64,000 nt of DNA from an uncultured Phycisphaerales bacterium (GCA_963758525.1 CAVWVQ010000003.1:4192001-4256000); one strand, 5' to 3'. Counted from the stretch's first letter, positions 1-13,097 are shown. Notes: a model not told the origin generated them from the sequence alone. A program made the numbers and translations.

Positions 1-188
1 AATCAAATCCGAAGTTCGAATGTCGAAACGGGGACCTAACCGGGGTCGACGCTGGCTCCGCAAACGCTTTGTTATCGATGCGGAACATTCGCGGCCGCCG
101 GCCGGCCGGGGCCTTTGCATTTGTTTCTGGTTTCGAGCTTCGTCATTCGAGCTTGATTCGAGGATTCGAGCTTCTTCATTCGGATTTA
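1..188. repeat. tandem-heptamer inverted repeat (hairpin), left arm truncated by window edge
   Basis: CGAAT/CGAAG units at 1-29 mirrored by TTCGAGC/TTCGTCA/TTCGGAT units at ~130-188. Confidence 0.6.
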
Positions 189-2026
189 TGATGGGCCTTC
201 AGATCCGCGACGACGCGCTCGATCACGGAAGCCCAGTCGTCCCGTCTGCTCTGCCGGAACAGGCGCATCGTCGGATACCACGGGGTGTCTTCACGACCAA
301 GCATCCACCGGAAATCGGTGAACGAGCCGATCAGCGTCCAGACCGGCTTGCCCAGGGCGCCGGCAAGATGGGCGACGGCGGTATCGACGGAAATCACCAG
401 GTCGAGCTGTGCGATCACGGCCGCGGTGTCGGCGAAGTCTTTCAGATCCGGGCCGATCTGAATGAGATCGAAACCGTCGATCCGTTCCTCCGCAGCCTTG
501 CCTTTTTGGAGACTGAAGTACGTTGCGCCAGCGACATCGGCGAGCGGCGCGAGCATTTCAAGAGACATCGACCGCTGACGGTCGCGGCGATGGGTGGGGC
601 GCCCGGCCCATACAAGCCCGATCTTGCGCGCGGCGGCGGGCGCTTCCAATCGCGGCTTCCACTGCTCAATGTTCTGAGGATCGGGATGCAGATACGGCAC
701 CGTCGCGGGGATCGTCTGAAGCGTGGTCCCGAAAGCGAATGGGAGGCTGAGCAGCGCGCACCGCACATCGAATGCTGACACCGTCCTGTCAGTTTCGATG
801 CCTTCGGCGATCCTGCCAACGGTCATCAGCAGCGGCAGTATCTCTTTGCCGGCTTGCAGCAGCACGCGGGCGCCGCGCTCGACGATCAAAGGTGCGTAGC
901 GGATGAACTGAATGGAGTCGCCGAATCCCTGCTCGGTGTGGAGGAGGATGGTTTTGCCGGCGATGTCGAAGCCGGTCCACTGCGGGACGTGGGAGAAGCG
1001 CGGATTTTGCGGGAAAGTCTTCGACTTCCATCGTATCTCGTATTCCCGAAAGCCTTGCGGCAGCTCGCCGATCGCCAGCAGGGCCAGGGCGCGGAGGCTG
1101 CGGAGTTCAGTGTCACCCGGTTTAAGCGCTATCGCCTTGTCGAGCAGCGGGAGGGCCTTTTGCTGCAGATTCAGGTCGGAGTAATTTCGGGCCAGCTCCT
1201 CAAGGACGGCGGTCGAATCGGGGCTGACTGCAAGGGCACGCTCGAGCGGGGCGATGGTGTCTTCGTTGCGTCCCAGCATCCGGTACGCAATGGCGAGATT
1301 GAAGTTGGCGTCGAAGTGATCTGGGTCCATTCGCAGCGCCTGTTGAAGGCACTCGATCGCCTCCTCGAGGCGGCCCGCTTTTCCGAGCGTCTGGCCGAGG
1401 CGCTGGAGCGTGCCTGGCGCATGGGGGTTGAGTCGCAGGCTCTGGCGAAAGGCCGACTCGGCTTCTGGAAACTTCCCCAGTTGGTCGAACGCCATCCCGA
1501 GTTGGAGATATCCTTGGGCAAAACCGGGATCGATTTTGACGGTCCGCTTGAACGAGTCGATCGCGCGATCGAGCTGGCCGATGCGCGCCAGAAAGAGGCC
1601 GAAAGCGCCCAGCAAGTCGCGCTCCCGGGGCTTCAACTCGCACGCACGCGCATAGGCGGCGTCAGCGCGCGGCGCTTGACCGAGACGTTCACTGACAACG
1701 GCGATGCGCCAGTGAAGCAAATGGTCGGTGCGACGCAGTGCCACGGCGCGGTCGAGGAGCTGCAGCGCGATCTGGTCCTGGCCGACCTGGTGCGCCAGCC
1801 AGCCCAGACCCTGCAGCGCATCGGCGTTTTCGGCGTCGTGCGCGAGAATTTGCAGATACGCCGACTCCGCTTCGGCAAACCGTCTGTCGCTTTGAAGCTG
1901 GCGCAGCCGCAAGCATCTGGGGAATTTGCACGCGAGGATTTTAGTGGGGGCGGCAGAGTTTCCAAAGTTCATCGAACGGAGCGAGCGCATTCGTATCGCG
2001 AACAATTGAACTTTTTCATTTTTCAT
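176..2026 (-). CDS. TPR-repeat protein with C-terminal glycosyltransferase (GT9-like) domain; true start probably downstream of 2026
   Basis: multiple TPRs, then EQGFGDSIQF, GLVWAG and DLVISVDTAVAHLAGALG...PWYPTMRLFRQ motifs. Confidence 0.85.
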   Translation of the reverse strand: MKNEKVQLFAIRMRSLRSMNFGNSAAPTKILACKFPRCLRLRQLQSDRRFAEAESAYLQILAHDAENADALQGLGWLAHQVGQDQIALQLLDRAVALRRTDHLLHWRIAVVSERLGQAPRADAAYARACELKPRERDLLGAFGLFLARIGQLDRAIDSFKRTVKIDPGFAQGYLQLGMAFDQLGKFPEAESAFRQSLRLNPHAPGTLQRLGQTLGKAGRLEEAIECLQQALRMDPDHFDANFNLAIAYRMLGRNEDTIAPLERALAVSPDSTAVLEELARNYSDLNLQQKALPLLDKAIALKPGDTELRSLRALALLAIGELPQGFREYEIRWKSKTFPQNPRFSHVPQWTGFDIAGKTILLHTEQGFGDSIQFIRYAPLIVERGARVLLQAGKEILPLLMTVGRIAEGIETDRTVSAFDVRCALLSLPFAFGTTLQTIPATVPYLHPDPQNIEQWKPRLEAPAAARKIGLVWAGRPTHRRDRQRSMSLEMLAPLADVAGATYFSLQKGKAAEERIDGFDLIQIGPDLKDFADTAAVIAQLDLVISVDTAVAHLAGALGKPVWTLIGSFTDFRWMLGREDTPWYPTMRLFRQSRRDDWASVIERVVADLKAHHKSE

Positions 2027-2099
2027 TTTTCATTGAACATTCCTTTGGTCCTTGGCGATGGGGCGAGAATGAAAAATGAAAATTGGAAAATGAAAAAGC
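2011..2099. repeat. tandem-heptamer hairpin (TTTTCAT)n / (ATGAAAA)n
   Basis: tttttcatttttcatttttcatt mirrored by aatgaaaaatgaaaattggaaaatgaaaaa. Confidence 0.8.
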
Positions 2100-2128
2100 T
2101 AAAGTGGTTTGATTGACCGCGAGTCTCG

Positions 2129-3171
2129 TTATTTCGCGGGCGCTACCACGACGATCTTGAACGTGTCTGGAATCGGCGACGGACGTGCGTTGGGTTTGTC
2201 CGGGTCGGCAGGCTTCATATCGGCGGTGGGCAGGTAGAGCGTGTGCGTCGTGCTGTCGACCGCCAATGTGCGCGCGCCCGCCGCGGTATTCAGCGTTTGC
2301 AGCAGCGTGATCTTGTCGGGACCGTTCTCGGCGAAAACCCATAGCGTGCCATCGCCGCAACTGGCGAGAATCCTGCCGTCGTCAAAGACGGTCGCATCCA
2401 CGCCTTTGCCGATGGGGAGGTTGGAAACGATCTTGCCGGTCTCAGTGTCGAGGATGATGAGCATCTGATTGCGGCAGCCGATGAACAGCAGATGATGCGC
2501 GGGATCAATGGCCAACGACGTGGGCTTCGCGCCGGGGGCGATGGGCCAGCGGGCGAGCTGCTTCATCTCCTTGGGATCGAATTCCACGACCTCGTTCTTG
2601 TCGGCGACGTTGACAAACGCGTGACCGGCGCCGTCCGCGGCCAGGAACTCGGGCTTACCACCGAGGTCGAGCGTTCCGGCTGCCGTCCCATTCACGGGAT
2701 CAACGTCTGCGGCGACCGCCATCACGACTGCGGCGTCGCCGCATCCGACCAGGATGCGCTGCGTTGCGCCGTCATAGATGATCGCGTCGGCATCGGCCGC
2801 GGCTTTGATCTTGCCGAGAACGGCGTGCGACTTCATGTCAAAGACGACGACCGAGCCACCCTCTCCGTCGCTGATGAAGCCGCGATTGAGCGCGGGCACG
2901 AGCGCGACCCCGTGAACTCCGCCCAGATCCGTAATATCTGCCACCTTCTTCGCCGCGTCTTCCGACAGCACCATGACATGCGTGGTCCGCGGGACGTAGA
3001 GTAACTTTGCCTCCGGGTCAACTGTAATGTAATCCCACCGCCCCGCACCCCCGACGGGAAGTGTGGCCGAGACGCTGTACGGGCCCGGCGCGGGTCCGCG
3101 AAGAGCGCGGCGCTGCCCAGGCAGCAGATCATCAATGGAATCAGACGGCAGATATTGCATAGTTTCATCAT
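2129..3171 (-). CDS. YncE/YVTN-type beta-propeller secreted protein (frameshift near 3090)
   Basis: GGAGGAG RBS before ATG 3171; signal peptide MMKLCNICRLIPLMICCLGSAALFA in one frame, GRWDY...GVHGVA...GARTLAVD repeats in another. Confidence 0.8.
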
Positions 3172-3256
3172 TGCTCCTCCTCGTAACATGTGGCACCTTA
3201 CGCCACGAAGAAAAGGCCGCGATTTCCTGCGCGGCCTGGTTATTTCCGACCCAGCC

Positions 3257-4123
3257 ATGTTGATCTCCGCGCCGCATACTCCGGCCCTGTGGCTTCTCGA
3301 AGTGGCGGCGGCCTCGTTTTGCGGGGGAATTGTCGGATCGATCAGCGGTCTGGGCGGCGGAATCGTCATCGTCCCGGTCCTCACGCTCTTCCTCGGAATG
3401 AAAATCGAGGACGCGATCGCCGCGAGTATCGTTTCAGTAATCGCGGTGTCCAGTGGGGCGGGTTCAGTTTACGTGAAGGACCGCATCACGAATATTCGGA
3501 TCGCGATGTTTCTCGAACTGTCGACGGCCGCCGGGGCATTGCTGGGGGCGGCGGTGCTGACGCGATACGTCAATCCCCGCCTCCTGTTGATTCTCTTTGG
3601 CCTGCTTCTGCTCCTCTCGCTGATTCCGATCTTCGCCCGGCTCGGCGAGGAATTGCCGCACGGGGTGACCAATGACAGGCTCTCCAGGCTGTTGGGTCTG
3701 AACGGTGTATATCACGACAAGCGGCTCGCGCGGGATGTTGCGTACAACGTAACGGGTATTCCCGAGGCGCTGGGAATCATGTTCGGCGCGGGGGTCATCT
3801 CGGGATTGCTGGGAATCGGAGCGGGAGTGGTCAAGGTGCTCGCCCACGAAATTGCAATGAAGGTGCCGACGAAGGTATCAACGGCGACGAGCAATTTTAT
3901 GATCGGGGTGACTGCGGCGGCGGCGGCAGGGGTCTACCTTCGGCGCGGGCTGGTGCTGCCGTTTCTCGTGGTTCCGGTGGCGACCGGTGTTCTGGCAGGG
4001 GCGTTTCTCGGGACCATGTTGATGGAGCGCATGTCCAACGCCTGGATCAGGCGCGTTTTCGCCATCACGCTGGGTGTGATCGGCCTGCAGATGCTGCTGC
4101 GCGGGCTGGGAGTGAGGTTGTGA
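3257..4123 (+). CDS. sulfite exporter TauE/SafE family permease
   Basis: GLGGGIVIVP and GLLGIGAG repeats, TATSNFMIGVT; highly hydrophobic. Confidence 0.9.
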   Translation: MLISAPHTPALWLLEVAAASFCGGIVGSISGLGGGIVIVPVLTLFLGMKIEDAIAASIVSVIAVSSGAGSVYVKDRITNIRIAMFLELSTAAGALLGAAVLTRYVNPRLLLILFGLLLLLSLIPIFARLGEELPHGVTNDRLSRLLGLNGVYHDKRLARDVAYNVTGIPEALGIMFGAGVISGLLGIGAGVVKVLAHEIAMKVPTKVSTATSNFMIGVTAAAAAGVYLRRGLVLPFLVVPVATGVLAGAFLGTMLMERMSNAWIRRVFAITLGVIGLQMLLRGLGVRL

Positions 4124-4503
4124 ACAAGCCGGAACAGAAGATCGCCGAGCGCGGAGGAATCATCAATGATGTTTCGGCGTGGGTCTTGCGCACGGGCGTG
4201 GTCATGAGCGTGGCCGTCATGCTCACGGGGATTCTCTTCAGCTTCGTTCACGGGACCGTCTCGCTGGAGCGCGTGCAGACCGCCACATTTGATTACAAGC
4301 CGGCGGCGATTGTTCATGGGATCGCGACTGGCCGCGGACAGAGCATCATCGAGGCGGGAATTTACCTGCTGGTGCTCACGCCGGTGATGCGCGTCTTCAT
4401 GTCGATGGTCCTTTTCGTCTTCGCCGAGAAAGACTGGGTCTACGGCGTCATCACGTTTGTGGTGCTGATGCTGACGTTGACCGGGCTTCTGTGGCTCGGA
4501 TGA
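4120..4503 (+). CDS. DUF1634-type membrane protein, usual TauE partner
   Basis: overlaps TauE stop (GTGA); LRTGV...GIYLLVLTPVMRV motif. Confidence 0.8.
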   Translation: MNKPEQKIAERGGIINDVSAWVLRTGVVMSVAVMLTGILFSFVHGTVSLERVQTATFDYKPAAIVHGIATGRGQSIIEAGIYLLVLTPVMRVFMSMVLFVFAEKDWVYGVITFVVLMLTLTGLLWLG

Positions 4504-4519
4504 ATCTTCCCAAAACATC

Positions 4520-5413
4520 TCATGCCGCTTGACGGCGCAGAGGCAGCACACGAGCGGGCGCCGGCGTTGGAACTTCCACGGGCCGAACAGCGTCGCCGTT
4601 GAACGTCCAGCCGCCGATGATTCCCTGCACGACGGAAAGGGCCACGACGCTCTGTTGAGGCCGACGGCGCGCCAGTCCGAGCGTCGCTCCCGCCAGCGGG
4701 CGCATCCAGTGATACATCGCGTACCACGCCGGATATTTTCCCAGTCGCAGAACCCTGCCCTGGCCCATTGCGTAACGCCGCGACTTCTCGCGGTGTTCCG
4801 CGAAACCCATCTGCGGATTTTCGTGGTGAATCTGGATCGAGGGCTGATAGGTGAGGTGAAAGTTCATCGCCAGGGCGCGAATGAGGTATTCCGTGCCTTC
4901 CCCTGCGCCAAACTCCGTGCCGGCGCCCGGGCCGAGGGTCTCGTTGAGATCGCCGACATGCTCGACCAGCTCGCGGCGGAGAAACATCGTCCATTCGATG
5001 GCGCGCTTCCAGACATTCCAGCGTCCGATCCGGCTTGGCCGTTCCGACCAGCGCAATGCGTCGGCGGGGCGGCCGCTGAGACCGTCCCATTCCGGGTGCG
5101 TCGCAAACAGCGCCGAAACGTGCTCCAAGAGGCGCGACGGATACCAGCAATCATCGTCGGGAAAGGTGATTAAATCTCCCCTGGCGTGGGCGATGCCGAC
5201 GTTGCGCCCGCGCAAAGCGCCCTTGCCCGAGCGAACGTGCACCAGCGGAAAGCGGTCGTGGTAGGGAGCGAGAATCGGATCGAGCATTTGCGTGGAGTTT
5301 TGATCGACAACGATCATCTCAAAGTCGCGGCAGCTCTGCGCGTCCACCGACGCCAGCAGCCGGTCAAGCTCGTGGGTTCGGCCCAGCGTGGAGGTAATCA
5401 ACGAAAACTTCAT
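4520..5413 (-). CDS. glycosyltransferase family 2
   Basis: SLITSTLGR, EMIVVDQ, RNVGI, FPDDD (DxD) motifs. Confidence 0.9.
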   Translation of the reverse strand: MKFSLITSTLGRTHELDRLLASVDAQSCRDFEMIVVDQNSTQMLDPILAPYHDRFPLVHVRSGKGALRGRNVGIAHARGDLITFPDDDCWYPSRLLEHVSALFATHPEWDGLSGRPADALRWSERPSRIGRWNVWKRAIEWTMFLRRELVEHVGDLNETLGPGAGTEFGAGEGTEYLIRALAMNFHLTYQPSIQIHHENPQMGFAEHREKSRRYAMGQGRVLRLGKYPAWYAMYHWMRPLAGATLGLARRRPQQSVVALSVVQGIIGGWTFNGDAVRPVEVPTPAPARVLPLRRQAA

Positions 5414-5427
5414 GCGTATTCTCCTCT

Positions 5428-6765
5428 TCAGGCGGCAACCGGCAGGCTTGCCGCGTCATCCGTGACAAAAGGCTCTTCTCGGCCGCCGCGGGCCGACTCG
5501 CGGAGCAACGCGCTCCCGACAACAAAACCGGCCAGCGTCGATGCGCACGCTCCCGCCAGCGACCACATCACACCCCCGAACAGGGCCAGCGGCAGTGTGA
5601 TCGCGACGGTTCCGCCAACCATCGCGAGCTGGATCATCAGCGCCGAACGGCTCCGCGCCATTCCATTGAGCAGCGAGCTCTGAACCACGCAGAGGTACGA
5701 GATGAGATATGCCGCCGCGAAAAATCGCAGTGGCGTCCCAAGGGAAAGGTAGGGGGAGGCGGCGCCGTAGAAGAGGCGCAGGGCCACGCCGGGGTTCACC
5801 GCGAGCAGCAGATAATAGGGAATGACCAGCAAACCGCCGATGGCGCCGTACGCCAGGGCGATTCGGAAGGCGGCCACGCGTCCGCCGGAGCGCAGCTCGC
5901 GCGCCGACGCCGGGACGATGAGATTTCCGATGCTGAACAGCGCCGGGTGCGTGACGCCAAGGATTGTTCCCAGCGCGAGCAGCTTTGCGGCTTCGGCGGC
6001 TCCGTGCGCCGCGGCAAGGGTCCAGAGCACCGCTTGAATGTTGACCACGCTGGCGAGGTTGCTCAGCGCCGTCCAGCGGCCCAGGTCCCAGCAGTCGCGG
6101 GCACGTTGTACGATATCGTTGCCGGAAGCAATTTGAGGCCTGATCTGCAGCCACTGCACAAGCGCCGCCAGCGCGGAAGTCAGCGCCATCACCAGAAAGA
6201 TATTCGGCAGCGATGCCTGACCGCGCCAGATCAGAAGTCCGACGAGCGCCGCTTGCCCCAGATAGCTGATCCCATCTCCCCAGAGCGCGTCGCGGTACCG
6301 CAGTTGCGACATCAGCGCCCGGCGGAGCGTCTCCTGGAACTGCCAGAGGATCACCACCGCGATAACCCATGGCGCAATTGCCAGCACTTTCATGGCCCAG
6401 GCGGCCCACGCGATTCCCAATGTCATCGGCAGCAGGATTACCGCGGTGAGCACCAGCGACATCCAGGTAAGCCGCCGAAGCTTTTCCGCGTCGCTGGTTG
6501 CGCCATGAACAGAGAGAGGATAATTGATCAGGGAGCTTTGGATGTTGTTGAGAAGCATCATGACGCCGAGCACGACGCCGTAGATTCCGAAGTCCGCCTG
6601 GGAGAGCCTGCGCCCCAGCAGCAGCATCGTGACAAAGTTGCCGAGGCTGACCACGCCTTGGTCGGCCAGGCTCCAAAAGCTGGTGACGACGCGCCCGCGC
6701 CATGGCGGTGCTGCCGGCGGGGCGGCGGTGTCAGTCGCGGGTTGGAAAGATTGCTGGCTTTTCAC
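5428..6765 (-). CDS. polysaccharide flippase (Wzx/MATE-like)
   Basis: SLADQGVVSLGNF...DFGIY motif, many TM segments, upstream of GT2. Confidence 0.75.
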   Translation of the reverse strand: MKSQQSFQPATDTAAPPAAPPWRGRVVTSFWSLADQGVVSLGNFVTMLLLGRRLSQADFGIYGVVLGVMMLLNNIQSSLINYPLSVHGATSDAEKLRRLTWMSLVLTAVILLPMTLGIAWAAWAMKVLAIAPWVIAVVILWQFQETLRRALMSQLRYRDALWGDGISYLGQAALVGLLIWRGQASLPNIFLVMALTSALAALVQWLQIRPQIASGNDIVQRARDCWDLGRWTALSNLASVVNIQAVLWTLAAAHGAAEAAKLLALGTILGVTHPALFSIGNLIVPASARELRSGGRVAAFRIALAYGAIGGLLVIPYYLLLAVNPGVALRLFYGAASPYLSLGTPLRFFAAAYLISYLCVVQSSLLNGMARSRSALMIQLAMVGGTVAITLPLALFGGVMWSLAGACASTLAGFVVGSALLRESARGGREEPFVTDDAASLPVAA

Positions 6766-7091
6766 GGCGATTACTGCATGACCTTGCGCGATGACGCGCT
6801 TCCCGAGACTTTTAGCGGCTGCCCCAAGGGCGCATATTCATCGCACGACCGCGTACTCACGTTGTCGGCCGCGTCATATCGCGACCGGCGCCGCGGTTTT
6901 TCCAGCGCGGGATGGTGCTCGCGAGGCACCGCCTAAAGGTTTCGGCGGAGCGCCGCGATCAGGTCCTGTAACTGTTATCGTGAAGAACGGGCCAATAACT
7001 TTCGCCAGAACGGGGATGAAATCGAAAGTTGTAGGGATTTCCCCCTATGACGGGGAGGCGGGACATTGCACCGCGCCAGCGTTGGGTGCGC

Positions 7092-7125
7092 AAACAAAAG
7101 AGGACGGCGAGCGTTCGCCGTCCTC
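7092..7125 (-). terminator. intrinsic terminator
   Basis: GAGGACGGCGA/TCGCCGTCCTC stem followed by T-rich tract on minus strand, after the OMP gene. Confidence 0.7.
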
Positions 7126-7149
7126 CTGAACATTGGCACGCGTTTTCGG

Positions 7150-7665
7150 TCAGAACCGGAATCCGATGCCCAGATCATATACAAACTGGCCGTTGCTGAA
7201 ATTGTTGTGGTTGGCGTGTCCTTCGGTAAAAAAGAACTCGTATTGAACGGATACGAAGATGAACGTCGTGGTGTTGACGAACACTTTCAAGCCACCCTCG
7301 GGTCCGGCTTCAAACGTGTCATGGAAACCGTTCTCGCCGTAGAGGTAACCGATATTCGCGCCGACATAGGGCGCGAATTGTCCCTGGTCGCCCAGAGGGA
7401 AGTGGAGATCCGCGGCCACATCGGTGCCGCCGTCCAGCGAGACTCCATTCAGATCGCTGTAGGAGACGTTCTGCCGTAGCGCAGCCTCGAAATTGTCCCC
7501 GAAGAAATACCCGAGGCTTCCGGTGATGCCGCCCGTGACCCCGTCGAACCTCCGTCCGTTTTCCGCGTTCCCGCCAAGAGTCAGTTCCCATGGCGAGTGT
7601 TGTTGGGCCATCGCCATCGCTGGGAGCAGAACGACCGCCAACACAACCAGTCCGTTGCGCGACAT
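7150..7665 (-). CDS. small outer-membrane beta-barrel protein
   Basis: GGAGG RBS, signal peptide, amphipathic strands (FAPYVGANIGY), C-terminal GIGFRF. Confidence 0.8.
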   Translation of the reverse strand: MSRNGLVVLAVVLLPAMAMAQQHSPWELTLGGNAENGRRFDGVTGGITGSLGYFFGDNFEAALRQNVSYSDLNGVSLDGGTDVAADLHFPLGDQGQFAPYVGANIGYLYGENGFHDTFEAGPEGGLKVFVNTTTFIFVSVQYEFFFTEGHANHNNFSNGQFVYDLGIGFRF

Positions 7666-7811
7666 AGATTCCTCCATTGCTAAAACGCTTCGCTGAGGCA
7701 ATCACACGATCGCCTCTCGAAGCCGGCGGCAATGTAGGACTGGTTGCGTTCTGCGCGAATGGAGGAATTTGCTGACGTGGATATTTTGTTGGTACTGCCG
7801 AAAAGCGGCTG

Positions 7812-9215
7812 TCAGACGTTCCGGAGCTTGTTCAGCCCGTTAAGCGCCGCGACTTTATAAGCCTCGGCCAAGGTGGGGAAGTTGAAGACATTGTTGATGA
7901 AGTAGTCGACGGTGCCGTTGAGAGCCATGACAGCCTGCCCGATGTGGATGAGTTCCGTGGCGCCCGTGCCGATGGCATGACACCCCAGAATCTGGTGATT
8001 CTCCTGGTGGATCAGCAGCTTGAGCATCCCGCTATCGTCACCCAGCAATTGTCCGCGGGCGATCTCCTTGTATTGGGCGATGCCGGCTTCGTAGGGGATG
8101 CCGGCGTCGGTGAGCTGTTTCTCGGTCCGTCCGACCATGCTGATCTCCGGCAGCGCGTAAATGCCCAGCGGAAAAAGTTCGGGCATGCTGTTCGTCGGTG
8201 CTCCGAACGCGTGGCAGACCGCAAGGCGACCCTGTTCCATCGCGGTACTGGCCAAGGCGGGGAAGCCAACGACGTCGCCGACAGCATAGATGTGCGGCAC
8301 TTCCGTCTGATAGAAGCCGTTCACTTTCAATCGTTCGCGGTCGTCTGCCTTCAATCCGGCGGCATCCAGCCGCAACGCGTTGGTGGTCCCCTGGCGTCCA
8401 ACGGCATAGAGCAGCGTCTGCGCCCGCAGATGCTTCCCGGATTCGAGAGTCGCCTGCACGAGGCCGCCGTGTCCGTTTTCCGGCGGCAACTGCTCGATCT
8501 TTTCGACCTTCTCTCCAAGGCGCAGCGTCATGCCTGCGCGGCGCATCTGATACTGAAATGCCTCGGTGATCTCGCTGTCGAGAAACCCGAGCACCTCGTT
8601 GCGTCCCTCAACCAGCGTGACGCGCACGCCCAGCGTCGACATCATGCAGGCGTATTCCGTCCCGATCACGCCGCCGCCAACAATGATCATGCTCTTCGGC
8701 AGGGTCTCCAGCTTCAGGAATGCATCTGAACAGAAAATTGTTGAGTGATTGAAGGGGATGTGCGACGGCCGGGCTGGACGCGTTCCAGTCGCGACGACGA
8801 ATTTGTCGGCCGAGAGGATCTCGAAATCTTCCGGCCGCTCCACCCGCATCGTCGTCGGGCTCTCGAAATAGGCCGAGCCCCACAGCAGCTCAATCCCGTT
8901 TCGGTCAAAGTGGTCGCGAATAATCTCCATCTCATGATGGATGACCTGTTGGCTGACATAAATCAGGTCAGTGATCGTAATGTTTCGTTTGACGCGATAG
9001 CTCTGGCCGAAAAGCCCGCGCTTATTGACGCCGGTGAGGTGCATCACGGCTTCGCGCAGCGCTTTGGAGGGAATAGTGCCGGTATTGACGGTGGCGCCGC
9101 CGAGAACGCTGTTTTTCTCAACGATCGCGACCTTCTTCCCAAGTTTTGCCGCCTGGATGGCCGCTTTTTGCCCTGCGGGCCCAGTCCCGATCACCACACA
9201 ATCAAATTGACGCAT
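7812..9215 (-). CDS. sthA: soluble pyridine nucleotide transhydrogenase
   Basis: GTGPAG FAD motif, GTIPSKALREA with no CxxxxC disulfide, FNFPTLAEAYKVAALNG. Confidence 0.93.
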   Translation of the reverse strand: MRQFDCVVIGTGPAGQKAAIQAAKLGKKVAIVEKNSVLGGATVNTGTIPSKALREAVMHLTGVNKRGLFGQSYRVKRNITITDLIYVSQQVIHHEMEIIRDHFDRNGIELLWGSAYFESPTTMRVERPEDFEILSADKFVVATGTRPARPSHIPFNHSTIFCSDAFLKLETLPKSMIIVGGGVIGTEYACMMSTLGVRVTLVEGRNEVLGFLDSEITEAFQYQMRRAGMTLRLGEKVEKIEQLPPENGHGGLVQATLESGKHLRAQTLLYAVGRQGTTNALRLDAAGLKADDRERLKVNGFYQTEVPHIYAVGDVVGFPALASTAMEQGRLAVCHAFGAPTNSMPELFPLGIYALPEISMVGRTEKQLTDAGIPYEAGIAQYKEIARGQLLGDDSGMLKLLIHQENHQILGCHAIGTGATELIHIGQAVMALNGTVDYFINNVFNFPTLAEAYKVAALNGLNKLRNV

Positions 9216-9481
9216 AATCCCTCCGTCTGGCGACTAAAGCGAACTTGCGCGACTACGCGCTTCCAAAAAAGCGTTCAGCGGCTGCCCCGAAGGGCCATCA
9301 CTGTCGCACGGGCGCATGCTCGCAAGTTCGTTTCGTGCGCCAAGGCATCGGGCGGTTGGTAGCCGCATCATAAGGGAACCGCGATGGACAGCAAAGTGAT
9401 CGCGGTTATGTGAGAATTTGATGAAGTCGAAGGAATTGCGGACTCCCGTTATACTGCGCTGAGCTTTTGGAGGCCCCTGGC

Positions 9482-11438
<1,957 letters not shown>

Positions 11439-11442
<4 letters not shown>

Positions 11443-12085
11443 TGAAATACCGCTCCATCCTCCTGTTCGGCGCGCCGGGCAGCGGCAAGGGGACGCAGGG
11501 CAAGATCATCGGAACCATTCCAGGATTCTTCCACAACGCCACCGGCGACATCTTCCGCTCCCTCGATCTGCAGAGCGAAACCGGCCGCAAGTTCTGGGAA
11601 TTCGCCTCGCGCGGCGAGCTCGTCCCCGACGAATTCACCATCTCCCTCTGGCGGCAATACATTCAGGGGATGGAGATGGTGAACCAGTTCCATCCCAACA
11701 ACGAGTTTCTCGTCCTCGACGGCATCCCCCGCAACCTCAAGCAGGCCCAGTTGCTGAACGACACGATCGACGTTCAGAAAGTGATCTACCTGCGCTGCGC
11801 CGATCTGAACAAGATGGTCGACGCCTCCGCCGCCGCGCCTTGCGCGAGAACCGCATCGACGACGCCAGCGACGCCGTCATCCGCCGGCGTCTTGAAGTCT
11901 ACGAACTCGAAACACGTCCGGTGCTGGACTTTTATCCGCAGGAAAAGGTCGTTCGAGTGGACGCGACCATGTCGCAGATCAGCGTGCTCAGCGAGGTGAT
12001 CAAGACGCTGGTCCCGCTGAAGGAATCGCTGGATGACCACAATCGCGCGCTGGTTGATTCCGTCGCGGCGATGAAAATTTCGTAG
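11439..12085 (+). CDS. adk: adenylate kinase family protein (frameshift near 11822)
   Basis: [11 protein letters not shown]-loop, GELVPDE, LDGIPR; RIDD...RRLEVY continues in shifted frame. Confidence 0.85.
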
Positions 12086-12147
12086 CACAGGCGTCCCGCC
12101 TGTGTTTGCCGGCCACAGGCGGGACGGCGGCGGGACGCCCATGCTGC
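12082..12147. repeat. GTAG-type REP doublet (GTAGCACAGGCGTCCCGCCTGTG family)
   Basis: GTAG plus palindrome with a degenerate inverted partner, between convergent adk and efp. Confidence 0.7.
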
Positions 12148-12286
12148 AGATGTGGCATATCTGGCGCTCAAGCCCGTCGAATGGATTTGCTTTGGCTTCT
12201 TGATCGCGGTCGCGCCCTCTGCTTGCGAGGTCGCCAAAACTCTCTGGGGGCCGGGCCACTGCGACGAGCAGTGTTGATCGGCGCGT

Positions 12287-12841
12287 TCACGCCCGGCTCA
12301 GATACGCTCGCGTTTCGCAATTGATCCGCACGATTTCCCCCACCTCGATAAACGGCGGCACGCGCGTCTGCAGCCCTGTCTCCAGAACCGCGTCCTTCAT
12401 CTGATTGGTGGCGGTCGCGCCTTTGATGCCGGGGGCGGTGTCGGTCACTTCAAGGTCCACCGTCTTTGGCAGTTCGTACGACACCACTTTTCCTTCGTGA
12501 TAAAATGCAGTCAACGGCGTATTGGGCTTGAGCACCAGGATATCGTCGCCGAATACCGCCTTGGGGATTGAATCCTGATCGAACGTCTCCATGTCCATCA
12601 GAACGTGGCCTTCATTGTCTGAGTAGAGATACTCCACCTGGCGGCGATCCAGCGTTGCGGTTTCGATATCATCGGTGGCGCCAACCCGCTTGTCCTGAAT
12701 GGTTCCCTTCGACACGTCGCGCATCTTGAACTGGACCTTGGCGCGCAGGTTGCCGGGCGTGTTGTGATCGGCGTTGGTCACGACATACAGTTTGCCGTCA
12801 ATAATGACGGCCTGTCCTTTACGGATTTCACTGGCTCGCAT
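12287..12841 (-). CDS. efp: elongation factor P
   Basis: TPGNLRAKV, YLYSD, TAPGIKGATAT, LETG...VPPFI...YLSRA. Confidence 0.95.
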   Translation of the reverse strand: MRASEIRKGQAVIIDGKLYVVTNADHNTPGNLRAKVQFKMRDVSKGTIQDKRVGATDDIETATLDRRQVEYLYSDNEGHVLMDMETFDQDSIPKAVFGDDILVLKPNTPLTAFYHEGKVVSYELPKTVDLEVTDTAPGIKGATATNQMKDAVLETGLQTRVPPFIEVGEIVRINCETRAYLSRA

Positions 12842-12954
12842 GCTGTTTCCTCGTTGGTGGCGCTGCCGCGAAGCAGATGTCGCGAGCCGCCGAAACGGTC
12901 AAAATTACAGCCGGCGGGCGCGGAGGTCAAACGCACGTGCGGCGCGGGTCGGGC

Positions 12955-13097
12955 GGGTGTGGCGCTCGAAAGTGGCGATCGGCTCCGAGTAGGGCGGGAT
13001 TCATCCCGCCGATTTGTTGGCCGGCTGAGAAAACGGCGGGATGAATCCCGCCCTACGATCGCAAAATCTGCAATCGCCACAAATAAAAGTTACACCC
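12955..13097. mobile_element. 143-bp MITE carrying a REP doublet (copy 1)
   Basis: identical inverted copy at 45471-45613; bipartite TIR GGGTGT-N11-GTGGCGAT; flanks GGTCGGGC / GGCCGGGC. Confidence 0.85.

Noticed and set aside
854..2116. long antisense ORFs (also 18901-20163, 49151-50494, 50999-52546, 57665-59017)
   Set aside because: Shadow frames of real GC-rich genes with no recognisable motifs; only the last codons of 50999-52546 belong to the small toxin.
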